From NCBI GenBank assembly GCA_000708835.1, contig DF237233.1, positions 49,751 through 113,750 of the forward strand: DNA of 64,000 nucleotides, given 5' to 3'. The notes below the pieces were generated by a model. The model was not told where the DNA came from. It saw only the letters and a list, made by a program, of their open reading frames with translations, and made no database searches. This stretch comes from Klebsormidium nitens. Lineage: Eukaryota; Plantae; Klebsormidiophyceae. Positions 13,301 through 25,704 of the stretch are shown here, piece after piece; within the stretch, counting starts at the first letter, position 1, and each line of letters starts with the position of its first letter. Position numbers and translations under genes: made by a program.

Positions 13301-16300
13301 TCCACGGGCTGCAGGTTCCGTTACATTCCCCGTTCCGGTCCCTTCTGCCTGTGCAGACGGATCCTCGCGGGTCATTGGCGCTACCAGCAAGGCCGTCGCC
13401 TCCTTAGCACCCCCCTCGACCTTCTTCCGCTTTGCTTCGCCCGTTCCTGCACCCTCGGCGGACCGTTTCGCTCCCAATTGCCCCTTTCCCGCTGCCCCTT
13501 TGTCTTCGTGGGGGGCCGACTTCGGCACTCCTGTGGCGGACGGTTCGGTAGGCCTGGCCCGCTTCGTGTCTGACTGCTCTTTTCTGGTTGCTTTGTGGGC
13601 GCTTTTCGGGGCGTCGTTCACGTCGCTTTCGCCGATACTCGTCAACGCGCTTTTCAAGGCGCCCTTCTTGGCTCCCTTCAGCTTCTTCCACTTTGGCAGG
13701 ATGGGCACCTAGTAAACGACGGTGCAATTGAGTCAGCCGCTGAAAAGAAGAGCTCGTACCTACGAACGTCCCGTTGCACTTTCTGAGTTGCACCAGGGTG
13801 ACCAGTCCTCTTCACACAAACGACATCTAATTCAGATACAAAATGATCCAGCATTCACGGACCAATTCTGTGACTTCAATCAGCGACCATCTCATAGTAT
13901 TGACAACAGGGCACACAAGGGGTCCGTGAATCATAGAAGGGTCAGAGCTGGAGTTACCTCAAGCTGCTCGAAGGTGCTGGAACATAGGGGATTAATTGAC
14001 AAGGGCCAAGGCATGCAACCCAAAGAAACACATTTGCTCAAACCCCAACTTTTTCTTCTGCATTTTGCTCCATCAGTCCTACGTTTTCAGATGCTACTCA
14101 GACACTTCCTTCTGCTTGTCAAAGCAACAGAGGCAAACTTTGGATCAGCCAACCATAGTGCAAAGCAGCGTGACCAACAAGTTTGCATCTTATGTATCCC
14201 GCACATCGCCGCGCACCTTTGACTTTTCCGCAAATCTCGTTCTCCAAGAGAAAGATCCCAAGCAACAGGCCAAAGCTGCAATGCACCAAACCATTCACCG
14301 ACCTGCGAGTCCATGAAGAGCATGTTGGCTTCTCCGGCGCCTCCAGCGTCTTTCTGCCCCTCCTCTTCATCCTCCTCTAGTTCATCGTCCGACTCCTCTT
14401 CTTCTTCTTCGTCCGCATCTTCCGTATCCTCGAACCCGCGGTCCAGCCGCTTCTGGGTCGCCGCGCGCTCGCTAGCGGTCACCTCGTTACTCCTCCTTCG
14501 CTTTGTCGTGTGCTTGTACCGGTGACTGGACCCCACCGGGACTGGTTCCGTCACCGCCTCTTTCGCCCCCTTGGCGTTTCCGTTCACACTTTCAACCGCC
14601 CGCCCTTCGTTCATCGTTCCAACACCCCGCTCTTCCTCTTCCCTTTCGGTTTGCAACATTGCGTCAGGTCCTGCGGTTTGCTCCTCTTCCGAAACCCGCC
14701 CTTTCTTCGGGTCCTTCGCAGCTGCCCCTCTTCCCGCTCGTCTCGGCGACACTCGCGTAGCAACCCCGAACGCACCCTCCTTTGCAACCGGCTCCGCTTC
14801 CTTCCCTTTCCCCTTCCCACGGCCCCTCCCTTTCGCAGGCACTTGCTTTTCCGCTTCCGCTTTCTCCTTCTCCGCTTTGTCCTTCTCCGCTTTCTCTTCT
14901 TCCTCCTTTGCCCTCTTCTCTTCGGCCGCCCTCTCTTCGTCCGACATCAGGGATGCCGCAAACAGACCCCGTTTCACTCCTTTCCTCTTCTCCGTTTCCT
15001 CCACAACTGGCGGCAAAGGCGGTAAGTTTTCCGGGGGTTCTGAGTCGGCCGCAAAGGCTTGCGTCCAGTTCATTTGAGCCAGACCTCCCCCGACAGGCTC
15101 TCCGTTTTTCTGTGCCGCTTCCTTGTTCTCTGCAGTGGCTTTCTGCCTCCCACCTTCCATCGATTGAATGACAGCTGGCACCGCCTGAATGGTAACCGCT
15201 CCCTTTCCACTCGCTTGGGCGATTTTCCCAGTTGACAATGCCTTCGCACGTCCTACCTCTGTTCCCTTCTCCCCCGCTTTCACCTTCTCCCGACTCTCTT
15301 TTGTCGCAGGGGTCTCCTTCTTCTTCTCATCCCCCACACCTTTCCGGCTGATCCACCCCCCCGTGCCCCCTCCCGCTTCCTCTGACGCTTTGTTTGGCGC
15401 AGACTTTGGCGGCCCCATGGAACGACTAGTGCCAGTTTTCCCGCCTCTAGTTCTTTTGGCAGGGGTCGCTTTTGCTGGAGCTTTCTTCGGGTGGATCACA
15501 GGCTCGTCAGGTTCAGCATCAACCTGGCTGTTATCGTAATCGAAGATGGAAAGCGTCCTGGGTACAGCCTGGGGGGGTGGGAGAACAGCAATGCTTGACG
15601 ACTTGGCAACCCCCTGAGAAGGCTTGGGTTCGGGGCCGAGGCTGTGCTTCTTCTCCAGGCCTGTCAAAGGGAGACAAGAAGCTTCTTCTCGTGAGGCTTG
15701 AAGTGGAGCAGGCTGCGCAGTGCGGTTCTCAAGCTGCTGCCTCGAACAGAAGTCAGATTTGAAGACATAATGCTCAAGAAAGATAATAATAACGAAGATA
15801 ATAATAACCTCCGACTGACACTAAAAACCCTAACCCAAAAAGATACCTGCTCCGCATCCGTACCCACCCTAACCACCAAACTAACCCTACCCGTCCCAGT
15901 GCGGTTACCTTATTATTATCTCGGCTTACTACTATTTCTCTTGAGTTTCCATTTGAAGACACGGACTGACAGTGCTACGAAACTTAATGGTCAGAGAAAG
16001 GATAGTGGTAAACTTCCAAGAAGCACTCTACCTTTTTGTGTACGTTGGACAGTCTGACACCTCCGAAATGTGCAGAATGCTTGCAGTTCCCAAGCAATTG
16101 ACATAAAGCAAAAGAAGACTAGGAGTAGCTCACCCCTCAAGCGGGCGCTGCGGTTGAGAACATAAGCGAGGAGAATATAAGCGACTCCAACCGCTTTTTG
16201 AGTAGGGTGCGTTTAGGATCTTGCCCAGCTTCCATCACAAAGCATCGTCCCTCGCAACACGCTCTCTCCATATCCTCAGAAGCTTTTTAACATAACAGAC

Positions 16301-18680
16301 GCTATACTAGCGACTTCCAAGGGAAGCACAGTCTAAACAGCTCTGCCTGAGCACCATGAGAGGCAACGAAAACCTGTCATATCGAGTAACACTTCTTCCA
16401 ACGCACCAGATCAAATCAGCTGAAAGCTTCCTACTTCGCTCCACAAAAGCTTACCCTTGACTTGTCCCGGGACATCTCTTGGTCCTTCTCAAAAGCAGAA
16501 CATCAGCTCACATAGGGCGAAGCTCCACTAGCATTTTACAAACCCCCCTCGGGCCAGAACAAAGATTTCTCTCATGTTTACTAGGAACAGAATGTTGCTG
16601 CGATGTGCTCACCTTTGTCCTGTTCCTCAGACATGTCCACGTCATTCAGCCCCAGCAGTCCCTCCACCACCCCGAGCGCCTCCATCTGCGTTTCCTCTCC
16701 AATCTCCGCGCTGAAGTTCAGCGGCGCACTCCGCGCGGGCGTAATCGCACTCGTCCTGCGGGTGTAAATCGCCACCGGCGCGTCGTCCTCGTCGACTTGT
16801 GTGAATGGGGGCTCCCGCTGGTCTGGCCGCAGCTCGGGGATCCCCTCGTCAACCAGGCTGACCTGCTGTTGGGGTACACTAACCGGCACAGCATCTTCCA
16901 AAACGGGCTCTAGAGGTGGGGCCAGTTCGTGTCCAGTCCGGTCTTCCATCTCTTCTCTTTCCGGAGACGCTCTCACAGCCTCTGCCATCTGCCCATCTGT
17001 TGCCACCAGCTGACCGGTTTGAGGAGGGGCTTCGCCACGCACGTCCGACCCCCCGTGCCTAGTTGCATCCTCTGTCTCAGCCGCTCCTTCCCCAGCCTCC
17101 GAGCGGTTGGCTTTCTGTGCCCTGGTGGCTCGCGAGCGGCCCCGCTTAGATGCGCTCTCGCTTGCACTCTTCTGACTCTCAACCAAAGCACCGCCTCGCA
17201 CTTTCCTGCTCTTCTCCCCTCCCGACTGTACCGCAATTGGCCCTGCCCCGCCTGCTTGCAAGGGCTCTCCTTCCAAGCCTACAACGCCACCCGACGGCCC
17301 CGCCCCATCTGGGCCCGCTCCATCCGGCGCCCGTCTGACACCCTCGTCCCCTGTTTCCCCGACAAGCGTTGCCGCAGGCACGTCTTCGCCCAGACTCAGA
17401 TTGCTTCCAAAGCCAATGCCACGGTCGGTCTCCCTTGTCGCGTTCGTAGCGACACTTCTTGCCGTCCCAATGGGGCCCTGACTGCTGTCCAGCACCCACC
17501 ACTGAGAAGCCGCGTTGACTGACGGAGCCGTGCCAAACTCTCCCTCTCTGCCGTCCGGACCCTCGGTGTCGCTATCGGGGATGATCGAATCGCGCCATGA
17601 ACTGGCTGGGGGCATGTTGACACCCTGACTTCTGGGGGCATTCACACCCCTGGTTTCAGCAACGGGTTCCTCCGCGGCAGAAAGCCTGAATGGCGGAGAC
17701 TGCTCCCTGCTGACCTCTGGCTCTTGTTGTTCTGAAGCGGCCGCTTCCTGAATGCCCTTACCCTCCGCACTTTGTTGACTGCCCCCGTGTGCATCTTCCT
17801 GGCGCATCCCAAGCTCCGCAGCTTCCTGAAGCCCTTCCCTTTCTTCGGTTTCTGCATTCCCCTCGTTCCCTGCACCATCTTCCACCCTGCCTCTCCCTGC
17901 ATCTGCTTCCTCACCCCCTCTCTCTACTCCTTGTTCCTCCCCCTCTCGGCCTGCCCCTTCCGTCTTTCCCCCTCTTCCTTCCCCTTCCTCCTCCCCCCTT
18001 CTCTCAACTCCTTCGTTGCGCCCCTCGACTTCAGGCTCCCCATCGCTTTCATCCTCCGTCGGCGCATCAGAGTCCACCGGTTGCGACAGCGACTTCCGCC
18101 GCTCAGAAGCTGGGGGTTTGGAGATAGACGGCGCCTTGTCGCTTGTTTCCCCCTCCGTGCTCTTCCTAGTGGTGCGCCAGCCACCGATGACCTCAGCGAC
18201 TGGGGCTTTGTGAATGTTTTCAGGCACGGGCTGACTTTTGGGAGTGCTATCCGCGGGGCTCTGCTGATGTTCCTCATCCTGAGAGGTGGCTTTAAAAGCC
18301 TCAGCTTTGGAGGCACTGAATTTAGCCGTTTCTTCTTTCACCGAGGGACTTCCTTCTCGATCTTCCGTGAAGTGGGCAAGCCCTTCCATCTTCAAACCTG
18401 ACACCTTCACTAGCTCCTCTTGTCCCTCTCCGTCTCCCCCCTCCTCCTCTACTGCTTGTGTTTCCTCATCCCCACCCTCTGCAGTCGAAAACACGATCTC
18501 CTCATCGACCGGCTGGGTTTCTTCATCCCCCTGCCACTCCGGGCCTGTCACAAGTTGTGTCGGCTCGCCTACAAGCTGTGTGCTTTGAAGTAGTGTCGCT
18601 CCGGGTAGGAGCTGGGTTTGTTCCCCTAGCACTTGCGTTGGTTCCCCGACGAGCTGCGTTGCTTGAGTCTGGTCCTCCAT
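4350..18680 (-). CDS. Large (~2,000 aa) MDC1/PAXIP1(PTIP)-like DNA-damage mediator: long low-complexity N-terminus with TQ clusters, C-terminal tandem BRCT domains
   Basis: Exons in transcription order, all GT-AG and phase-consistent: 18680-16613, 15660-14303, 13708-11762, 10905-10714 (ILKRLGAQEAQDVPSCTHLVAETFGRTQTMLEAIVGAKKIVKASWLESCGQANYFEDEEPHMLQ), 9944-9867 (DEKQEKKFNFSLKASLAAAKEKRIFE), 8501-8421 (GLKVYITPNTTPDRNFFKGILEMGGGE), ~7936-7768 (..DSCLVVSSDKDRNLWEPLATKG; 5' boundary uncertain), 4999-4933 (TPIYTTEFLMSAVVQQQLDTSR), 4455-4350 (terminal exon, least certain). The motifs THLV..RT..MLEAI..IV..SWL, F.FSL..SL..A and VYITP/IY..E.L are typical of MDC1/PTIP-type tandem BRCT domains (family knowledge). 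Confidence 0.85.
8220..8301. repeat. Two copies of a 41-bp direct repeat
   Basis: TACTT..AAGAAGCCCCAGGAG..CTCAAAG at 8220-8260 and 8261-8301. Confidence 0.8.
8785..9247. other. Assembly gap (463 N) with an identical 29-mer on both sides
   Basis: GGGTAGGGTCTGCAGCACTTTGCTTTATT at 8756-8784 and 9248-9276. Confidence 0.95.
10586..10649 (-). repeat. Intronic copy of the 3' edge and donor of the first BRCT exon
   Basis: Reads TGG CTG GAG AGC TGC GGG CAA GCG AGC TAC TTC GAG GAC GAA GAA CCG CAT GCC TTC AG|gtgaag, against the exon end ...CCG CAT ATG CTT CAG|gtacgg at 10714. Confidence 0.9.
10958..11642 (-). repeat. Array of five intronic copies of the acceptor and 5' edge of the first BRCT exon
   Basis: Copies at ~10958-11015, 11145-11212, 11281-11338, 11431-11497 and 11575-11642 share the core (+ strand) GCGTGCACGACGGCACG, degenerate in the last copy, with the exon at 10905-10845. 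Confidence 0.9.
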
Positions 18681-20062
18681 GGTGGATGTTACCTGAGAGG
18701 ATATGGGATGATTCTGTCATCAGGATCTTTGGTGTAAAGTACTTTGAATGGTGTCGAACAACAGCAGCGACAATAGGTAGACACTAGCAGCTTGCTTGCA
18801 AGAGTCTCACTTTCGATCCAGGAATATCTGCATTGGGACTTCAGAGAAAGCAAGAAGGTGTGCCGTGAGGAACGTGATGATGTCTTCTACAAACGTGTTC
18901 TTACTTACGCATGTCAAATCTAAAAAGTGGAGTTTGTAAGGAGAAGCACAGCCATCGATGACATGGTTCAGTAAACAGTGCTGCATCATGCCATAAGCCA
19001 TATGCTGAGGCATTGTTCCAATGGCAGCAATTGCACAACCATATGTCACTAGTTTGAGAAGGCAATGCTGAAGGACCTCAGCATGCGCAGGGATCTGCAC
19101 GTCAGTCATCCTCTGAACAAGCCCCCTTCAACGGAGGCAGCTCGTCAGACCTTCACAATGAAACTGTGCTCTGCAATGAAGTTTCCGGTGGTTACTTAAG
19201 CAGAGAAGGCCAAACAATCTGACAATCATAAGATCAGAGTCAACATTCACGAAACAGAAGAAGTCCCACCTCTGAAGGGGATTTTACGAGGTGCATGCGT
19301 TGCAATGCAGACTACATTCTCGACATGTGCCGTTTAAGATGTCAGCCGCAACACCCTGGCAACACCCCTCGTTCCTGTGACGCCGTTTTGACTACACACA
19401 CACGAGCCCGGTATAAATGGGTCGGCAACGCCAACAGTCCGAAGATATAAGAGTCCGGTCTCGGTCTAGGATCCTCCTACCCTAGACAAAGTGTGCAAGT
19501 CTGCAGTGCGAACTCGGCCGTCCTGGACTACTGTTTTGAAGTGGGCCCGTGAGAAAGCCAAAGCAAGCTGCAATGAACCCCCACTAGGAGCAGCAGGCGC
19601 CCTAAGGCTACGGTACATGCAGAGTTCGAACATTGTCATCAGAGGTCTTGAAAGCACTTGTTCAAATTGCAGCTTTCAAAATTTCTCCCGCGGAAAATGA
19701 CCCGGGTTGTCATCTTGGTCAAGAACCGACCATGTCTATTTACGACGGGTCGGACACAACCCGTCACGGGCCGCACCAATTCTCCAGGAGGGTGGAGCAA
19801 AGTCTCTGCTTTACAAGGCCTGCGGGTTGAGTGTCCCGGGTACCTTGTCTGCCGCCCCGGGTAGCTACCATTGAGGAACTTACATAAAATTTCTACGTTA
19901 ATTTTCAGCATCACGACCTGAAGGGTTCCCTCTGAATTGCCCCTAGCCAGGCCTCATCTTCTCCATAACTTTAAGCCAACAGGATCCTGAGGCGCAGTCC
20001 TTCCAGGTTTCAGGGTTGTTGCACCAGAGGAAAAGGGGAATTTGGTTTTGGGCCTTCGAACA

Positions 20063-23000
20063 ATGGACATGGACCACATCACCAATGTCATGGAGCTTGA
20101 GCCGCTGGCCAAACAGAAGCTCTCAAAGGTGGTTTATGATTACTATGCATCTGGAGCCGAGGACGAGAACACACTCAAGCTGAACCGCTTTGCGTTTGAG
20201 CATTATCGGTCAGCACAACACTTCGACAATTTGAAACGTCCTTGCAATAGTGTCAGCAGACCGTCTCTTCAACTGGCGGTTTGCTGATCACATCTGAAAA
20301 TGCATGCAATCTGGTGTTCATGACATACTGACACCGTGCTAGAAGTGTCTCGATACAGCATGACTCCCCTTAGGCTTTGTAGACAGCACAGAAAACCTTG
20401 ATGTTTCTAAGAAGATCAGATAAGTGAAACTTACCACCACCAATCAAGGTACATTGAACCTGGTGGACATGCCACGATGGGGCATGCACGAGTTTGCACT
20501 TAGGCACGAAAGACCGTGGTCAAGTTGCAACACTGGTACCTTGAACTTCAGTACTATCTCGCTGTTCCTTACTTTGAAAGGGGGGGTTCAACCATCCAAA
20601 GGCTTTGAGAAGTTAATATTCCTCAAAGTCTGACTCAGCCTTTCTTCATTCGTTGGCCATCCTCCTCGGCCATCTGATTGATCCTCTCCCTTTCCAGCTT
20701 TCCTGTCTTGTTTCTGCTCACCCCAGCGTCTTTTCTTACAGTCTGAAGCCCAGGGTCCTAGTGGACATTAGTGACCAAGACCTGAGGACCAGCATACTGG
20801 GCCACGAAATATCCATGCCCATAATGATAGCCCCCACAGCTATGCACAAGATGGCTCACCATGAAGGTATCAGTCACCGGCAACTCCGTCTCATGCTTCT
20901 CTTTCAACAATCAGGTCTAGTAGACTGTCTGGGAATATTCTTCAGTGGCTGTGGTATTGCTGTACTCTTTTGATTCACAGCTCCTTTGAAGGTTCTTTGT
21001 GCTTAAGCTTTCCTTTAACCGACCCAGCCGCTCTTGTGAAACAAATTCTTGAGTACCTTAGAGGAGAGGGCACAGGTCCATCACTTGACTCAAAGCTAAC
21101 TTCAACTCCTGTGATGCACAACCATTCGAATCGGACAACAGTCAAACGGCGGTCCAGGCGCATGAAAACCTTTCTTCGTTCCCTCTGCAGGTGAGCTGGC
21201 GACTGCGCGGGCGGCGGCGGCAACGGGCACAGCCATGGTGAAGCACCGCTTCAAAGTTTTTCCTGCTTCTTTCGTGAAAAGCCGCTCAAGTATTCATGCT
21301 CGTTTTCAAGCCAAGAATAACCCAGCCGTTCTCTCCTTGACAAACTCGTAAACCTCATCTGTCACGACGAAGTCCTTGGCTTGTCACAAAGTTTCATCAA
21401 CGCACAATGAATTGGGCATTGGCAAGTCCCCACTTTGACCCCCGCTCAACCATCTCTCTTTGAAAGAGGTGGCTGAGTCTATCTCTACTTGTGCGTGTGC
21501 ACCGATGTAAGCAGATCTCAAAGAGTAGTACAGCCACCTAGCCAGCCCCCATTCCGACCCTCATATCCTCTTTCCCTACAAGGTCACTATCAGCATACCC
21601 ACTTACCCTTGTGCTTCTCTTCTTCAGCACAGGTGCTGTCGGCCCATGCTACGTCGAGCATCGAGGAGGTCGCCTCGACCGGACCCGGCCTGCGCTTTTT
21701 CCAACTCTATGTAGGTCCTATAATTATCTTTCCTCTTTGTTTTGTCTTTGCTTTCCATCAGTCGGGTATCTAGTCAGGGCAGGTTCGCCTGGTCATCACC
21801 CCTGGCCCCCTTGTTTTATGACAGTTACGCAATTCAAAACCATGGGTTCGAATACCATACGACCTTACGAAGTTTGATTTGAGGCCAGACTTTTTCAGCT
21901 GTATTCTGAGAGTTTAGTTCGAGAACATCATAAGGGGTCCTCTGGCGAAATTGAACCCCTGCGCCAGCTCGGAATCTTTGCTTAGGAACAATGGATTTGC
22001 AGGAAAGCAATGACCGCAGCGTGGAGGATTTAAACAGAAGGCTTTTTGTTTCCGAGCTTAGCGTCTACAGCCCCCACATAGATACCGCTCAGCTTCCAGA
22101 AGCTTCCTTTGGTTTCTGCTGGATTGCCCTCGATTTCGCAAAGATTCTTATCAGCGTGAATTCGATCGTACACAGAGTTGGACAAAACAACTCAGAAACG
22201 CTACCAGATCCTCGAAGCTTGCAAACAATTTCTGGTGCGACTGGGATGTACTGGGAATCTTACATCCAAATTTGCCACACAGGTGTATAGAAACCGGGCA
22301 CTCGTGGCGCAGCTAGTGAAGAGGGCTGAACGGGCCGGGTACACAGCCATCGTCCTGACAGCTGACGCACCAAGGCTGGGTAAACGTGAAGCTGACGTCA
22401 AGAACAGGTGAAACGGTCTCCGAGGCTATCCTTTAGTTTCAATGAGGCCGGAGTGAATAGTTGCTGGTCAAATCCGTTGCAAGGTTGGAAGTTGGAGACT
22501 CCCGCACAGATTATGGCGTTTTTTGGTCAAGCTATCTTTTTCGCTTGCTTCGAAAGCGAGTCGTGCGTCGGGGGGAGATCAAAGATCGCTACAAACGGGG
22601 CGCCTGTCGGCGTTTTCGCGGCCTGGCTAGTTTGTGGCTACCCAGCCGCTGGGCATACACACACCCAGTGCACAAACTCAGCTGCAAGTGTGATCTTCGC
22701 AACCGAATCTATATCAGAAAAGCCGTCGAGAAACGCGTGCTCCTTGGTTGGCACTACAGAAACAACTGAGGTGTTTGTTGGCTAGCAATACAGAAGCAAC
22801 TGAGGTGCTCGTTGGCTAGCAATACAGAAGCAACTGAGGTGTTCGTTGGCTAGCAATACAGGAACAACTGACGTGATTGGCTAGCAATACACAGTCAGTT
22901 GAGGTGTTTGGTATGCACGAGCCGTTATTTGAAAATGGTACTGGGATAGCGTCTGTGCTCTTGGTAAAGATTGTGAAGCTTTTGGGCCCAACTGAATGCT

Positions 23001-25704
23001 TGCGCGCAGGTTCCAGATGCCCGCTGGCATGACTTTGAAGAACTTCGAGGACCTGGGCGCAGTTTCTTCCGAAAAGGTGAGGTTCTTGTGTCCACTTTCG
23101 TCCAAGACGTATGATTCTGCTTTGTGCAAATGGAGTAGTCCAGTCAATGGTAGGTCACGAGCATGCCTGTTTTGTCAGAGCCGGAGGACGAATCCTAACG
23201 TGGGCTCTTGACAGCGACTGCAGTCTTAAACTCCAAAAGTTAAGAAGTGGCGGATTCGTCAAGCATCTCCAAGTACTCCAATGTCTTGCTCCGATTGGAT
23301 CGGTCGATTCGCACAGGTTGGAGCGGGCTCCCTCTTATAAAACCAAAGCCCACTCACTGACGAGGCACACCGTTGCTTCTTCATATCTACTGCAAGCTTT
23401 GCAATCATAAGCATCGCCTCCGTTCTTAGTCCAGCCATTCAATGTGTGATCTTCGTTTCTTGCAGGCTTCCACCAATCCAGCCCTGGCCTCCCTCTACCT
23501 TGCTAGTCAATTTGACCCCTCTCTTCAGTGGAAGGTGCGCGGCCCCTTGCTCCCGTTTTTAGCTTATTCTTGACGTTGTCCCAATAATTTTCCCGTACAA
23601 GAGGTTACTGGTAAGTGGAGCGTCTTTCTGTGGAACCAATCTCACATTTGACTTTGATCGGAAACGAACAAACTGACGTTTGGCGACACTGTACTGCTTC
23701 GGTTTCACGTTTTACAGCAACGAGCCATCAAACTGCAACCTTGTCCAAGGAGGGCACGTCCCAAATAAGCTTTCGATGCTCGATAAGGGCCGTACTGAGG
23801 ATAACGGATACTCCTTTGATAACCTTCCTTCTAGTTGCGACGATTGTAAAGTTCAACTTCGGGGCTTCCCGTGCAGGACGTTCGATGGCTCCAAAGCGTC
23901 ACGTCGCTCCCCATCCTTGTCAAAGGCGTGATGACCGCAGCCGATGGTGAGCCTTCTTTGTCGCCTGTTTGTTTTGGTATTTGTCCTCCCTCTCCCGAGT
24001 GAATTCGCTGGACATGTTCCTAACGTCAGGCCTTGCCTCATAAACATATCCTTTTCCTAGTGTGAGTCCTGCAAATCAGACTGCAGGAACCCATTTTTGA
24101 AGGCCATCAGCGCGGCATGTCGACACTTCCTCCCACATGAAATCCAAGCGTGATCTTGCTATCGTATCCTCTTCTAGTATATTGTCGCACACCATCGAGC
24201 TTCCCGTGAGCACGACCTTAACCCCAACCAAGGGTGCGCGTCGACCGAAAAGCGGCAAACAGCTCTTCAGTATTCTTAGCCAATCGGATGGCTTGTCAGA
24301 TCCACGTGGTAACCTAAGGTACACACCAGAATAGCATCATGGCCTGAAAATCACCGTACCTCTTACCAGTCGATACCGCAAAGGCAACACTGGAGGTCAA
24401 GTAGGTTTTCGGTCGACGCAACCTCACTGACCCTAGAGACTGCGGCCCTCTGACGTAGTACTTCATCTGTGGGTCCAGCAAAGCTCGCTATCAGCCACGG
24501 AGCTAAGGGCATTATTGTTTCGAACCACGGGGGCCGCCAGCTAGATCACACCCAGGCCACGATCCAAGCTCTCGAAGAGGTGAGTTTCACGACTGACTCG
24601 ACCTGGCGCAGCCTTTAGCGCGGATTTCGCTGTAGTTTTGTACAAGCCGTGATAGCAGTGGTAGCAACTTTTAGGATCCGTTCAACAGGTTCGGTGACGC
24701 ACGCGATCTGCAAGTTACTTCGCTGCGAAGGAGCTTGGGTGCATTTGTTTTGTCGCGGTATGACCCGGTGGGACTACGAAGTCGGGAAGTAAATCAAAAG
24801 TAACACGAGGAGCATTGAGAAACAGCAAGGAATCTAATAACCTAGAAGGAATGTTCAATGACTGAAGGAAGTCGGCTGAGCCGGTTGCTCTCGCAGGTAG
24901 TGCTTGCTGCGGACGGAAGAGTTCCGGTCTTCCTCGACGGAGGCGTCCGGAGGGGGACGGACGTCCTCAAAGCGCTTGCTCTAGGAGCGAAGGCCGTTCT
25001 TGTGAGTTTCTCGAATCTTCAGGCATCGATCTGTTCCGTTGTACGTCAACGTACGTCCGATCCCCTTTCGGCTAGTATAGCAGAAATAATGTTTTATGTT
25101 GCTCCAATCAAGTTCTGATCGAGGGACCGGAGAAAAGGACATCTAAATCGGCTCACCCTTTCAACCATCAAATTTTTGTGTTGAGGACGCTCGAGACACC
25201 TAGATCGGTTGTCTCTGAGATTACGCAGGAGCACGCCTGTGATAGACACCTTCTTGTGTCTCTTCGCACCTGGAAATACTTCATAGCTTATGAAGGAAAT
25301 TCATGTCTGCTGGGAGGCTGTAACCTCGCACCGTTCCCTCTTTCTCATCGCCCTTCAGCCATGATCGGTGTGTTGCGTGCGCATGGTCTCCAAAACAGAC
25401 CCATTCCCCGTACCGTACAACGGTCGGATTGTGCAACGACACCATGGTCTGGCATGCAGTGCCACGTGGCCGCAGCTGAACAGCTTGTCGTTTCGCACAG
25501 GTTGGTCGGCCGGTGCTTTACGGTCTCGCCTCCGGTGGGCAAGCCGGCGTAGAGAAAGTGCTCACTATGCTGAAAGACGAGCTTGAACTGGCAATGGCAC
25601 TCGTCGGCTGTCCGTCCATCAAGGATATCAAGCGCTCGTGTATAGTTACACCGACGGACCGGTTGAGGGAAGCGATGCCGTCAAGTAAGCTTGCACGCTT
25701 GTAA
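20063..25704 (+). CDS. GOX: FMN-dependent (S)-2-hydroxy-acid oxidase (glycolate oxidase/HAOX family), peroxisomal
   Basis: 11 exons: 20063-20208, 20742-20866, 21191-21237, 21633-21710, 22283-22407, 23010-23076, 23466-23534, 23877-23946, 24479-24579, 24897-25001, 25501-25704. Motifs [70 protein letters not shown]-terminus ends ARL*, a PTS1-type signal. Exact paralog (GOX vs HAOX) is uncertain. Confidence 0.95.
22757..22889. repeat. Minisatellite, four copies of a ~34-bp unit, in GOX intron 5
   Basis: Unit CAGAAGCAACTGAGGTGyTyGTTGGCTAGCAATA at 22757, 22791, 22825 and 22859 (last copy 31 bp). Confidence 0.95.
24076..24425 (-). mobile_element. Degenerate non-LTR retrotransposon (L1/Tx1-like) RT fragment in GOX intron 8, antisense to GOX
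   Basis: Minus frame reads [46 protein letters not shown], resembling the YLG..W..IL..R..L.G..F.W region downstream of LINE RT motif 7. 24225-24425 is clearly homologous, in inverted orientation, to 40625-40825. Confidence 0.6.

Noticed and set aside
15820-15895. AAACCCTAA/CTAACC words resembling telomeric repeats
   Set aside because: Isolated, non-tandem words in an intron. At most a telo-box.
16455-16487. Possible in-frame 33-nt micro-exon (EGPRDVPGQVK) with a GTAAG donor in BRCT-gene intron 1
   Set aside because: The acceptor is an uncommon GAG and exons 1-2 already splice in phase without it. It cannot be supported without cDNA.
12036-18401. Long plus-strand ORFs (e.g. 12085-12951, 12804-13712, 14571-15077, 17772-18401)
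   Set aside because: They are antisense shadows of the GC-rich, low-complexity exons of the minus-strand BRCT gene. They have no motifs or splice structure of their own.
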